From the NCBI RefSeq assembly GCF_006345805.1, contig NW_021824793.1, forward strand, positions 1 to 17,570: DNA of 17,570 bases, given 5' to 3'. Source of the stretch: Octopus sinensis (Eukaryota). Of this stretch, positions 1-8,791 are shown one piece after another (position 1 is the first letter of the stretch; every line of letters starts with the position of its first letter). The notes beneath the pieces are model-generated. The model did not search any database, had not been told where the DNA came from, and saw only the letters and a list, made by a program, of their open reading frames with translations. Made by a program: the position numbers and the translations under genes.

Positions 1-160
1 CTATATGGTCGTTCAAACTACTAGAAATAACAAGGACGTCTTCAAATCATACGGTACCTTTTAAAACTACGACATTTTAGATAAAGTTACCCTCCAGTAA
101 AAAGAAAATAGCCGGATATTCACGGCCTGAACGACTTTGATCACAAGTATTCTCAATCAC
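1..160 (-). mobile_element. Diverged interspersed repeat fragment (unclassified), same family as 2520-2575 and 9271-9465
   Basis: The reverse complement GTGATTGAGAATACTTGTGATCAAAGTCG...TTCTAGTAGTTTGAACGACCATATAG aligns by eye to GCGATTGAACAGACCTATGATCAAAGGC...TTCCTAGCATGACGAGCGACCAAGTAG at 9271-9455. Strand is relative to those copies. Confidence 0.6.
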
Positions 161-208
161 GGCTATGCTGGGGGCAAACCAATAACAACAACAGCAGCAA
201 TAACAAGT

Positions 209-610
209 GGAGGCGCAATGGCCCAATGGTTAGGGCAGCGAACTCGCAGTCGGAGGATTGCGGTTTCGATTCCCAGACCGGGAGTTGTGTGTGTTTATGA
301 GCGAAAACACCTAAAGCTCAACGAGGCTCCGACAGGAAGAGGGGCGACCCCTGTTGTACTCTTTCACTCCAACTTTCTCTCACTCTTTCTTCCTGCTTCT
401 TGTTCCCGACTTCCTACGCAACCGCTGAGCCTGGATGCGCATTCATCCATCCGTCGATGCTCTCGGTGTCGGGGGTTGACCTGCTTTCTTTTCTGCGGGT
501 CTTACGAATAGCAAAAGGACCACCTTTCGGACTTCTTCCACTAAAGAGGCGTGATCTTGCGAGCTCTGGGACGAAGACCGCTTCGCTCAATAAACAAACA
601 AACAAACAAA
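209..610 (+). mobile_element. Full-length tRNA-derived SINE with (AAAC)n tail
   Basis: A-box TGGCCCAATGG at 219-229, B-box-like GTTTCGATTCC at 263-273, and an (AAAC)n tail at 589-610. Flanking near-direct repeats GCAGCAATAACAA (194-206) and GCAGCTATAACAA (611-623) differ by one base and fit a TSD. Confidence 0.9.
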
Positions 611-644
611 GCAGCTATAACAATAACAATATATTGCATTTTGA

Positions 645-820
645 AGATAGGTAGAACAAAATGGCGATGGATTTTCAGAAAAGGCAGAACGACAAGGTGA
701 TGGACTGTTAGAATAGGCAGAATAACAAGTTGGGGGTTGTCAAAATAAGTAGAATTGCAAGTTGGTCGATTATCAGAATCAGTCGAGCGTCAGGGTGGTG
801 AATTGTCAGAATAACTAGGG
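645..820. repeat. Degenerate 33-bp minisatellite, about 5.3 copies
   Basis: Units start at 645, 678, 711, 743, 776 and 809 (33,33,32,33,33 bp). Consensus is approximately GAATAGGCAGAACGACAAGGTGGTGGATTGTCA. Confidence 0.75.
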
Positions 821-863
821 ATAAGAACCAGACACGCGCGCACGCATACCCACAGATATATAT

Positions 864-1090
864 ATTTCTTTATTGCCCACAAGGGGCTAGACATAGAGGG
901 GACAAACAAGGACTGACAAACGGATTAAGTCGATTATATCGACCACAGTGCGTAACTGGTACTTATTTAATCGACCCCGAAAGGATGAAAGGCAAAGTCG
1001 ACCTCGGCGCAATTTGAACTCAGAACGTAACGGCAGACGAAATACGGCTACGCACTTCGCCCTGCGTGCTAACGTTTCTGCCAGCTCGCC
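864..1090 (-). mobile_element. tRNA-derived SINE with core GAGGTCGACTTTGCCTTTCATCCTTTCGGGGTCGAT (Meta/MESC-like from memory, unverified)
   Basis: The minus strand reads GGCGAGCTGGCAGAAACGTTAGCACG...GAGTTCAAATT...tail GGGCAATAAAGAAAT. Homologous copies lie at 14594-14797 and 15521-15744. Confidence 0.9.
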
Positions 1091-1140
1091 TATATATATA
1101 TATATCTATATATATAATATATATAATATATATATATATA

Positions 1141-1204
<64 letters not shown>

Positions 1205-1253
1205 GTAATGTATATATATGTATATGTATATAGTATGTATATATATATGTATA
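1091..1253. repeat. (TA)n microsatellite, imperfect
   Basis: Read directly from the sequence. Confidence 0.97.
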
Positions 1254-1404
1254 TGGCTGTGTGGTAAGTAGCTTGCTTGCCAACCACATGGTTGCTGGTT
1301 CAGTCCCACTGCGTGGCATCTTGGGGAAATGTCTTCTGCCATAGCCCCGGCCGACCAATGCCTTGTGAGTGGATTTGGTAGACGGAAACTGAAAGAAGCA
1401 AGTC

Positions 1405-1405
<1 letters not shown>
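1254..1405 (+). mobile_element. tRNA-derived CORE-like SINE, 5' half only, followed by (TA)n 1406-1450
   Basis: TGGCTGTGTGGTAAGTAGCTTGCT...GGTTCAGTCCCACTGCGTGGCATCTTGGGGAAATG...GACGGAAACTGAAAGAAGC is homologous to 4066-4230 and 5919-6071. Confidence 0.9.
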
Positions 1406-1453
<48 letters not shown>

Positions 1454-1793
1454 CACAGATATATATGAAGAATTTCTTTTCGCATAGAAGCTCTGATTAA
1501 TAAACACCCCTCACCAGCACACCGTCAAAATATATCATATATCCATTTTGCTTCTTTGTGAGAAGTTTGATCAAAGACTAGATGACGAAAACGTAGTTCT
1601 GATTAAAGTCAGTGTGAGATCATTTCACTTGAGATATTTAATATAAGCTAATCAGTAGAGAAGTTGTGTAATGTTTGTACGGTTTTTAGTCGGTGTACAT
1701 GATGCGGCCTTGCATAAGACATACAACCAATTTTTGTGGGGGAAAATGATTTCAGGAACAAAATAAAAATAATGTTTTATCATACACACTTAC

Positions 1794-1847
1794 CCTCGTA
1801 TCCCATCCTTAATACTGTTGTATTAGACGCGTTGCAATTATTGTTAC
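1794..1847 (-). CDS. Candidate 54-nt internal coding exon, phase 1-1: (G)NNNCNASNTTVLRMGYE
   Basis: Acceptor CCTTTTTTTTATATTTGTCCTTCAAG| and donor GAGG|GTAAGT. Only one frame is open and the length is a multiple of 3. No homology recognised. Confidence 0.45.
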
Positions 1848-1894
1848 CTTGAAGGACAAATATAAAAAAAAGGATAAGGGTCCCTGTACGTCGG

Positions 1895-2343
1895 CTTATG
1901 ATTGTCGATTCGGTTTACGTGCCTATACCGAAAGAGAACTATTGCAAATGCATGCGGCCGAAATGAATTTTCGCCAGAGGATCTCTGGAGCAACGTTACT
2001 CGACAGGGTTGGTAGCTCGGAGATTAGGGAACCTTTCCAGGTTGAGCCGCTACTCCTACTTTGAGAAGTCATGGTTCCGGTACTATGGACATGTTATTAG
2101 AATGCCGTGAGAAAGAATCGCAAAACGAACCAGTAAAGCACGGGACAACTGGCAGAAGGATTATGTATAGACTGAGAACAAAATGGTTGGATAGTATCCA
2201 TAATCTCCGTTGGTAACGTTTGAGAATCCAACAGAAAAGAATAATGGTAGGTGCTTCTGATAGGATCCTATGGAGGAAGTGCCTGAGAATTCTAAACGAT
2301 CATCCATCTCAGAATATGTGGTCGGTGAAGATGGATGGATGGA
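1895..2343 (+). mobile_element. RTE-clade LINE (Rex3/Expander-like), decayed 3' fragment with (GATG)n tail
   Basis: Translations across stops and frameshifts give AAEMNFRQRISGATLLDRVGSSEIREPFQVEPLLL, EKSWFRYYGHVIRMP*ERIAK and WLDSIHNLRW*RLRI..ASDRILWRKCLRIL, which match the RTE post-RT C-terminus. It ends GAAGATGGATGGATGG (2327-2342). The 5' boundary is approximate. Confidence 0.85.
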
Positions 2344-2519
2344 CTTGTTATTCCTTGAGTCAATGCAAACGAATTGCTGGAACCACAGCTCAAGTCAAAG
2401 AACACTGCAAGAAAAATGCTGGTGGTAAGAGAACCAAATTTCTGATTCGAGAACATCACACGTTTCTGAAAGCAATCAAATGCTTTCTACCGTTTGTAGA
2501 TCATGACTCCAGATCAGCC

Positions 2520-2575
2520 GCGATTGAACAGCATTACGATCATAGCCGTTCCAATCATGACCATCTCGTATTTTA
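2520..2575 (+). mobile_element. Short fragment of the unclassified repeat also at 1-160 and 9271-9465
   Basis: GCGATTGAACAGCATTACGATCATAGCCGTTCCAATCATGACCATC aligns with GCGATTGAACAGACCTATGATCAAAGGC at 9271. Confidence 0.55.
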
Positions 2576-2589
2576 ATATATTCAAAAAT

Positions 2590-2965
2590 ATAATGTCCCA
2601 CAAGCCTGTTTTATTTCTATACTTGTGGTATGATATTTGTTTCCGAAAGACATAATGTCTATTTTATTATTATATTTATGGCATGATATGAGGGATAGCT
2701 GTCTCTTATATTTAACAGGCTAAGAGACAATGTGGAAGATCCTTCGTAAGATCTCCTTGGATTAACACTCACCCAAATGGCATTTATTTGTTTTCGAAGG
2801 ACATATTGTCTATTTTATCTTTATATTTATGGTATCATATAATGAATAATTAGCTCTTATATATAACATGCTGAGTGACCACTAAAAGATTCATCGTCAA
2901 TGGTCTATCGGACAAACCCTCTCTTCCCTAAATGACTTTTATTTGTTTCCGAAAGCCATAAACGT
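2590..2965. repeat. Degenerate tandem repeat of about 151-155 bp, roughly 2.2 units plus a partial unit
   Basis: The motif TATTTGTTT(C/T)CGAA(A/G)G(A/C)CATA recurs near 2634, 2785 and 2940. ATAATGTC..TTTTAT..TATA..TGG(C/T)ATGATAT recurs near 2590, 2650 and 2802. Confidence 0.65.
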
Positions 2966-3373
2966 CACAATTGACCATTTGGTTTAAACTTAAGGCATAG
3001 CTTCTTGTTGCATAATCTAAATATGTATTGGTCAGTTACTTTACAAACACATTACCAAAGTGGTTAATTTAATATGAAACAGCTCGGGGTTGTCACATGT
3101 CTTAAGTCTATATCCTTATGGGATAAAAGCTGAATATAAATGGCAGTTTCTGTTTGATAAATCAAAGCTTTTCATGCGATAGATCCATGGCTTTTATATG
3201 ATAAATCCAGTCTTTTATACGCCACATCCAAGTTCCAAGCTTTTATGTATAGAATAAATTCAACCTGTTGTAGGATAAAGTAGGTACATGTCAGGTAACT
3301 AACCATTCATTATATTCGGGTCCAAGCCAAAACATCCGTATCTTGTACTACCGGGTTTGTTAGGTAAGTGAAG

Positions 3374-3389
3374 AATGGTGGTAGTGGTC

Positions 3390-3430
<41 letters not shown>

Positions 3431-3521
3431 GTGATGATGAAGGTGGCGGTGGTGATGAAGGGGGTAACGATTGTCATGGAGGTGGTAGTAGTGATGGCGA
3501 TGCTGATGCGGATGATAATGT

Positions 3522-3553
<32 letters not shown>

Positions 3554-3977
3554 GTGGTGGTGGGGATGATGATGATGGTGGTGGTGGTGGTGGTGGTGGT
3601 GGTAGAGGTCTTGATGTTGGTGTTGGTTGCAATGTAGTAGCGGTGGTTGAAACGTTTGGCGGCGAAACTGCTGTGATTGGTATAGACGATGATGATGATG
3701 AGGAAGACGATGATGACAACGACGACGTTGATGATGGTATGATGGAGATGGCGGTGGTGATGGTGATGATGCTGATACTGATGACGATGATGATGAGGAG
3801 GATAATGATGATAATGGTGATGATGATGACGCTGGTGTTGAAGTGGTGGTGGGATGATGGTGGTGGGCATGGTGGTGGAAAGATGTGTGTGGCTGATGTT
3901 GGTGATAACGCGGATGACAACATCGACGACGACGATGAGGATGATGATGTCAACGATGATGATGATGATAATAATAA
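3374..3977. repeat. Compound trinucleotide tract (GAT)n/(GGT)n/(GAC)n, about 600 bp
   Basis: Read directly from the sequence. It explains the poly-D/M/V/H/S/P ORFs in the track. Confidence 0.95.
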
Positions 3978-4065
3978 AAGGCCATGATGCGACAGAGAAA
4001 AAAGAAAGGTCAAAGAATCATAACAACGATGTCGTCGATGTTAAATATGGAGGAAAGCTAAAGAT

Positions 4066-4242
4066 GGCATAGGAGTGGCTGTGTGGTAAGTAGCTTGCTT
4101 ACCAACTTATGGTTCCGGGTTCAATCCCACTGCGTGGCACCTTGGGCAAGTATGTATTACTATAGCCTCGAGCCGACCAAAGCCTTGTGAGTGGATTTGG
4201 TAGACGGAAACTGAAAGAAGCCCGTCGTATATATGTATGTAT

Positions 4243-4290
<48 letters not shown>

Positions 4291-4597
4291 GTGTGTGTGT
4301 GTGTGCGTGTGTTGTGTTTGTGTGTATGTGAGTGCGTATGTGCGTGTGTATGTGTTTGTGTGTGTCTGTGTGTGTGTATGTGTGTGTGTGTGTGTGTGTT
4401 TGTGTGTGTGTGTATGTCCCCCAACATCGCTTGACAACCGATGCTGGTTTCTTTACGTCCCTGTAACTTAGCGGTTCAGCAAAAGAGACCGATAGAATAA
4501 GTACTAGGCTTACAAAGAATAAGTCGTGGGGTTGATTTGCTCGAATAAAGTCGGTGCTCCAGAATGGCCATAGTGAAATGACTGAAATAAGTAAAAG
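4066..4597 (+). mobile_element. Full-length composite SINE: tRNA/CORE-like head, internal (TA)n(TG)n microsatellite 4227-4415, and a 3' half
   Basis: The head GGCATAGGAGTGGCTGTGTGGTAAG...GGTTCAATCCC...CACCTTGGGCAAGT is followed by the microsatellite and then GTCCCCCAACATCGCTTGACAACCGATG...GAAATAAGTAAAAG. The 3' half is homologous to 6850-6935. Confidence 0.88.
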
Positions 4598-4611
4598 TGT
4601 TATAGAGTTGG

Positions 4612-4742
4612 CAGACGACGATGATGATGATGATGATGATGAGGATGATTTTGATGATGATGAGGAGGATGATTTTGATGATGATGATGAGAATGAGTTT
4701 GATGATGATTTTGATGATGATTTTGATGATGATGATGATGAT
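4612..4742. repeat. (GAT)n microsatellite with GAG/TTT interruptions
   Basis: Read directly from the sequence. Confidence 0.95.
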
Positions 4743-4802
4743 GGAAATGGAAAACAGGCGTAAGATTAAAGTTGTGTACGTCTCGGGAATATGGCAATTT
4801 AC

Positions 4803-4820
4803 CGATTTCACGTTCGTCGA
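4803..4820 (-). CDS. Candidate 18-nt microexon (phase 1: VDEREIG; phase 0: STNVKS)
   Basis: Acceptor GTCTTTCTCCATGCTTTCCATTTGTCAG| and donor TCG|GTAAAT. Splice signals are the only support. Confidence 0.22.
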
Positions 4821-5003
4821 CTGACAAATGGAAAGCATGGAGAAAGACCATGTAAATCAATAAATTTGATAAGTATTGGTCGTTCAATCTCAGATTAAGG
4901 AACCATAAATTCAATTTAATTGTCAAACTTAACAGAACGTGAACTTAACTACAAACCGATTTCTCTGCAATGATCTGAGTGAATCTGGAAGGTGATCAGA
5001 CCA

Positions 5004-5278
5004 CTGTGTGTATGTGTGTGTGTTTGTGTGTAGACACACGGACGCGCTCATACACACACGTACATACACACATATGTATGTATACATACATTCATGCATG
5101 TACACGTATGTGTATATATACGTGTATATATATATATATGAGTATATATATATATGCATATATATAATATGGAAGAAAACCTATGGTCGCCTTCTGAGTT
5201 TAAGGCAAGACAAGACACACGACACTTCGCACACACACAGGCGCATGCATGCACACATGAATTTGTGTGCGTATGTGC

Positions 5279-5316
<38 letters not shown>

Positions 5317-5394
5317 GTATATATATATATAATATATATATATATATAATATATATATGTATACATATATATATATAATATATATATATATATA

Positions 5395-5449
<55 letters not shown>

Positions 5450-5453
5450 TAAT

Positions 5454-5533
<80 letters not shown>

Positions 5534-5556
5534 ATCTATATATATATGTATATATA

Positions 5557-5587
<31 letters not shown>

Positions 5588-5600
5588 ATATTATACACAC
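5004..5600. repeat. Mixed (TG)n/(CA)n/(TA)n microsatellite region, with a long (TA)n at 5277-5595
   Basis: Read directly from the sequence. Confidence 0.95.
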
Positions 5601-5918
5601 GATATATGAATTCAAGTGATACGGTTGTACTCACAAAAAGTTACATAGTTTGTCATGTGGATATATGTGTGTGTCTTTGTGGTGTCTTAATGAATGTGTG
5701 TGTGTGTGTGTTAATATAATGAGCTAGTGTAATACCTAACACTATCCTGTGGCATGGATTTTGACAACAAAGAAGAACAAACTTGTACGAAATACCATGC
5801 AAGATATATCAACGACTATATTATTTCTTACGTTTCCTGGTTTTAAAAATTGCATACTTAATATTTCGAAAATATGAGTATAATCAAAAGATTTTTAATA
5901 GCGTCCTCATCGGCTTCA

Positions 5919-6071
5919 CTGTGTGGTAAGAAGCTTGATTTGCAACCGCATGGTCTCGGCTTCAGTCCCACTGCGTGGCACCTTGGGGAAGTGCCTTCTT
6001 TTAGCCAGGGGTCGACCAAAATCTTGTGAGTGGATTTATTAGACGGAAACTGAACGAAGCATTTCGTATAT
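5919..6071 (+). mobile_element. CORE-like composite SINE, 5' half (diverged), interrupted by a CR1 insertion
   Basis: CTGTGTGGTAAGAAGCTTG...GGCTTCAGTCCCACTGCGTGGCACCTTGGGGAAGTG...GACGGAAACTGAACGAAGC matches the copies at 1254 and 4066. Confidence 0.85.
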
Positions 6072-6740
6072 CTATTTTATTTTCTTATTTTTTATTTCAT
6101 CTAGTTTCAGCTCACGTGTTGTGGTCATGCTGGGGCACCACCATTTGGTGTTGCTACATAATTTTACTTCACGAATGCTTTTTATCAATTGACATTTGGT
6201 GCATGAGAGAGTTTGATGCAGTTGCTCTCATCTGCACCTCATGCCGCGAAGTTGGATCATCTGGGACACCTGACAAGAAGAGGTCTATCTTTATTTTGAA
6301 GACACCTACATCTCTCAGGTCCTTCGGGAGGATATTGAAGAGCTGTGGAAGTCTGAAGCCCAGGCTATTGCAGTATCTTGTCCAACATCTTGATGGCAAA
6401 TTTGGAGTCCTTGGCACTATGCAGTGGCGCCCAGTATTTGTGTAACTCTCGATGCCAAAGTTTGGGACAAGTCCTTCTAGGATCTTCCAGATGTATATTA
6501 TGGCATATCTTTCTCCCCTACGCTCTAAGGAATAGAGTCTTAATCTCTCGAGTCTGCACAGAGGCTATCTTCTTCGTGTAACTTCGTTGGATTGCCTTAA
6601 GTTCTGAGATTAATTTGACCCTGGTTGGTGACCATAGCTGAGAGTAATAGTCAAAGGGGCTTAGGACAAGTGTCCTCCAGAGGACCATCATGGTTCCTGG
6701 TTTCTTGTTCTAAGGTTCTAAGAGTTCATCCGGTCAGCCG
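6072..6740 (-). mobile_element. CR1-group LINE, 5'-truncated, ORF2 C-terminus plus 3' UTR
   Basis: Translation gives RLTG*TLRT..MMVLWRTLVLSPFDYYSQLWSP..IQRSYTKKI, then LRLYSLERRGERYAIIYIWKILEGLVPNFG..FRLPQLFNILPKDLRD..FKIKIDLFLSGVPDDP..RATASNSLMHQ. These are typical CR1-type post-RT motifs. An A-rich tail lies at 6072-6100. Confidence 0.9.
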
Positions 6741-6754
6741 GATATATATTTTTT

Positions 6755-6759
<5 letters not shown>

Positions 6760-6810
<51 letters not shown>
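6760..6810. repeat. (TA)n, the remainder of the internal microsatellite of the interrupted SINE
   Basis: Read directly from the sequence. Confidence 0.9.
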
Positions 6811-6812
<2 letters not shown>

Positions 6813-6849
6813 GTGTGAGTATATATTTTTTCATGTGTGGCCTTTGAGT

Positions 6850-6935
6850 CTATGTTTGTCCCCACCCCACCATGAAAACTGATGTCGGTGTGTTTTTACG
6901 TCCTCATAAATTAGTAGTTCGATTCTTCGACTAAA
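6850..6935 (+). mobile_element. CORE-like composite SINE, degraded 3' half
   Basis: TATGTTTGTCCCC..GAAAACTGATGTCGGTGTGTTTTTACGTCC..TAAATTAGTAGTTCG aligns to 4412-4478. Confidence 0.7.
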
Positions 6936-7288
6936 ATTCTTAAGAAAATAAAGAGAGAGGAATCAGAAATAAACTACATGAAGTGCATTAGCCAGTTGGA
7001 CGGAATGAACAGACACATTTCTACTGTTCGCACAAACACTTCTATTTTATTAGTACCCCGGTACAACTATAATTCTTTCAGCACCTCTTTTCTTAAATCA
7101 TTTCTTTTTATATCCTGGGGAGCCTCTATCTCAGAAAAAATTTTTTTTAGTGAAGCATTATCCTTCGATGTTTTGGGATTTCTGTGCAAATTTTGTAAAA
7201 AAATTCCGAGAATATTCGTCGAGAAAGAAATCTGAGAAATAGTGACACTTACAGATATAAATGTGTGTCTGTGTGTGGGAGACGGTGC

Positions 7289-7290
<2 letters not shown>

Positions 7291-7337
<47 letters not shown>
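7291..7337. repeat. (TA)n microsatellite
   Basis: Read directly from the sequence. Confidence 0.95.
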
Positions 7338-7338
<1 letters not shown>

Positions 7339-8152
7339 ATTTCCTTTGGAGTTTGCTTTATTGAGCTCGTCCATTGGTACTGGCTATCAGATACAAGTAT
7401 AAGACGGAAATGGATAGTTTTACTGATGACCTATCAGAAAATCCGGAAATATCCGTAGAATTTATGTAATTATTAAGAAGGTGTGTAATTTCATTTTAAA
7501 ATGTTTTTTTACATAATTTTACCATTGTATCATAAAAAGCACTTTGTTGCTTCTATTGATTAATTAGAAATAAATGCATTTATACATACTAATGTCTTGA
7601 ATTCTATTTTCCTATTTGCATTACCAAACCTAAGCTAAGGCTCAGACAAAGAGTATTAAAACAAATTCTAAATTTTACTTTCATCCCAAATCCAAATGCC
7701 TACTCCTAGGAGTAAGTGAACCGTAACTGCAATATGGAGACACCGCGACTCTGTTGGTGCAAAATATTAAATTCCAGCCTACCGCTTACGTGAATTCAAT
7801 CAAAAATGTAATTCCCAATCCCACTGTTTATTTGAGATTAAATATTTATTTTTGATTTTTTTCATGAAGTATTTGCTAGTATTTCTAAAGACAACTCAGG
7901 TGGTTTTAATCATAGTACAGAACACCCTTGGAAACAGATTACTTTAACTAAAGGAACCAGTATTGAATTTCTAATGGTAATTTTAAAAATTATGACAACT
8001 GCTGTGATTTTTGTCAAGAGATATCTGACAACTTCTCGCTTCATTTGTAGAAATAATGGTTACTAATTTAAGTACAAAGGCAGCAGTTTTGAAGATAAGG
8101 AATGAGTCGTTAGTTCTTTACTTTGATGTTAGCACTTTACCGATTCGTGAAG

Positions 8153-8448
8153 GGACGTGGCCTAGTTGTTAGGGTATTCGGTTCGTGATCGTAAGATCGT
8201 GTGTTCGATTCCCGGCAGCTCGTTCTGTCCTTGAACAGGACACTTTATTTCGCATTGTTTCAGTTGTACCAGTAATTCAAAGGGCCAACCTTTTCACATT
8301 CTGTCTCACGCTGAGTCTTCCTGCGAATTACGTTAAGGTTACACGTGTCTGTGGAGTGCTCAACCATTTGACATTAATTTTCTCGCGAATATTGTTCCTT
8401 TGATCGGATCAAGTGGAACCCCCGTCCTTAAAACCGATGAAGCACCAG
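8153..8448 (+). mobile_element. tRNA-derived CORE-type SINE (a further family), diverged
   Basis: A-box-like TGGCCTAGTTG at 8158-8168 and B-box GTTCGATTCC at 8203-8212, followed by CORE-like TGTCCTTGAACAGGACACTTT. The 3' boundary is approximate. Confidence 0.75.
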
Positions 8449-8516
8449 TTACTTTACTGATATATTACTTCATTGATCCATAAATAATATAAGTCGGAAA
8501 TTCACCACGGAAATTC

Positions 8517-8551
8517 ACTATTAGCAAGAAATCTTGGAATAAACTGAAAGA
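8517..8551 (-). mobile_element. Short variant (B1) of the RTE 3'-end sequence
   Basis: ACTATTAGCAAGAAATCTTGGAATAAACTGAA differs at 1 of 32 positions from the B2 copy near 9822-9853 and is homologous to the 3' UTR in copies A1 and A2. Confidence 0.7.
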
Positions 8552-8790
8552 CATACATACGTGCATACATAAATACTTGCATACATAAATACATACATGC
8601 ATACATACATACATACATATACATACATACATACATACATACATACATACATACGTGCATACATACATACATACATACATACATAAATACATACATACAA
8701 AAATACATACATACATACATACATACATACATACATACATACATACATACATACATACATACATACATACGTACATATATACATATATAC
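8551..8790. repeat. (CATA)n, i.e. (TATG)n on the minus strand, the tail or target of RTE copy A1
   Basis: Read directly from the sequence. It abuts the RTE 3' end at 8792. Confidence 0.97.
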
Positions 8791-8791
8791 G

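Noticed and set aside
209-285. tRNA gene calls for SINE heads (also 1254, 4066, 8153)
   Set aside because: A and B boxes are present, but there is no closed cloverleaf and each continues into a SINE body.
137-654. ORFs 137-511, 400-654 and 414-605
   Set aside because: They lie across the SINE at 209-610 and show no protein-like motif.
645-820. CRISPR-like array
   Set aside because: The units are contiguous and degenerate with no unique spacers, the context is eukaryotic, and there are no cas genes.
3270-3369. Plus-strand exon ending at TTAG|GTAAGT
   Set aside because: The only long open frame ends in TAG at the donor, and the other frames are closed.
3388-3870. Histidine-rich structural protein gene
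   Set aside because: It is a pure trinucleotide mosaic with no signal peptide, Gly-His motifs or convincing splice boundaries.
6978-7339. ORFs 6978-7235 (+) and 7067-7339 (-), and a 36-nt exon candidate at 7253-7288
   Set aside because: No recognisable family, homopolymer-rich sequence, overlap with (TA)n, and conflicting splice signals only 21 nt apart.
7701-7714. Perfect 14-bp palindrome TACTCCTAGGAGTA
   Set aside because: It is isolated with no second copy or associated element. One such palindrome in 17.6 kb is only mildly unexpected.
7842-8075. Stop-free plus-strand frame of about 77 codons
   Set aside because: There is no recognisable homology and only weak splice signals, and it is on the opposite strand to the better exon candidates.
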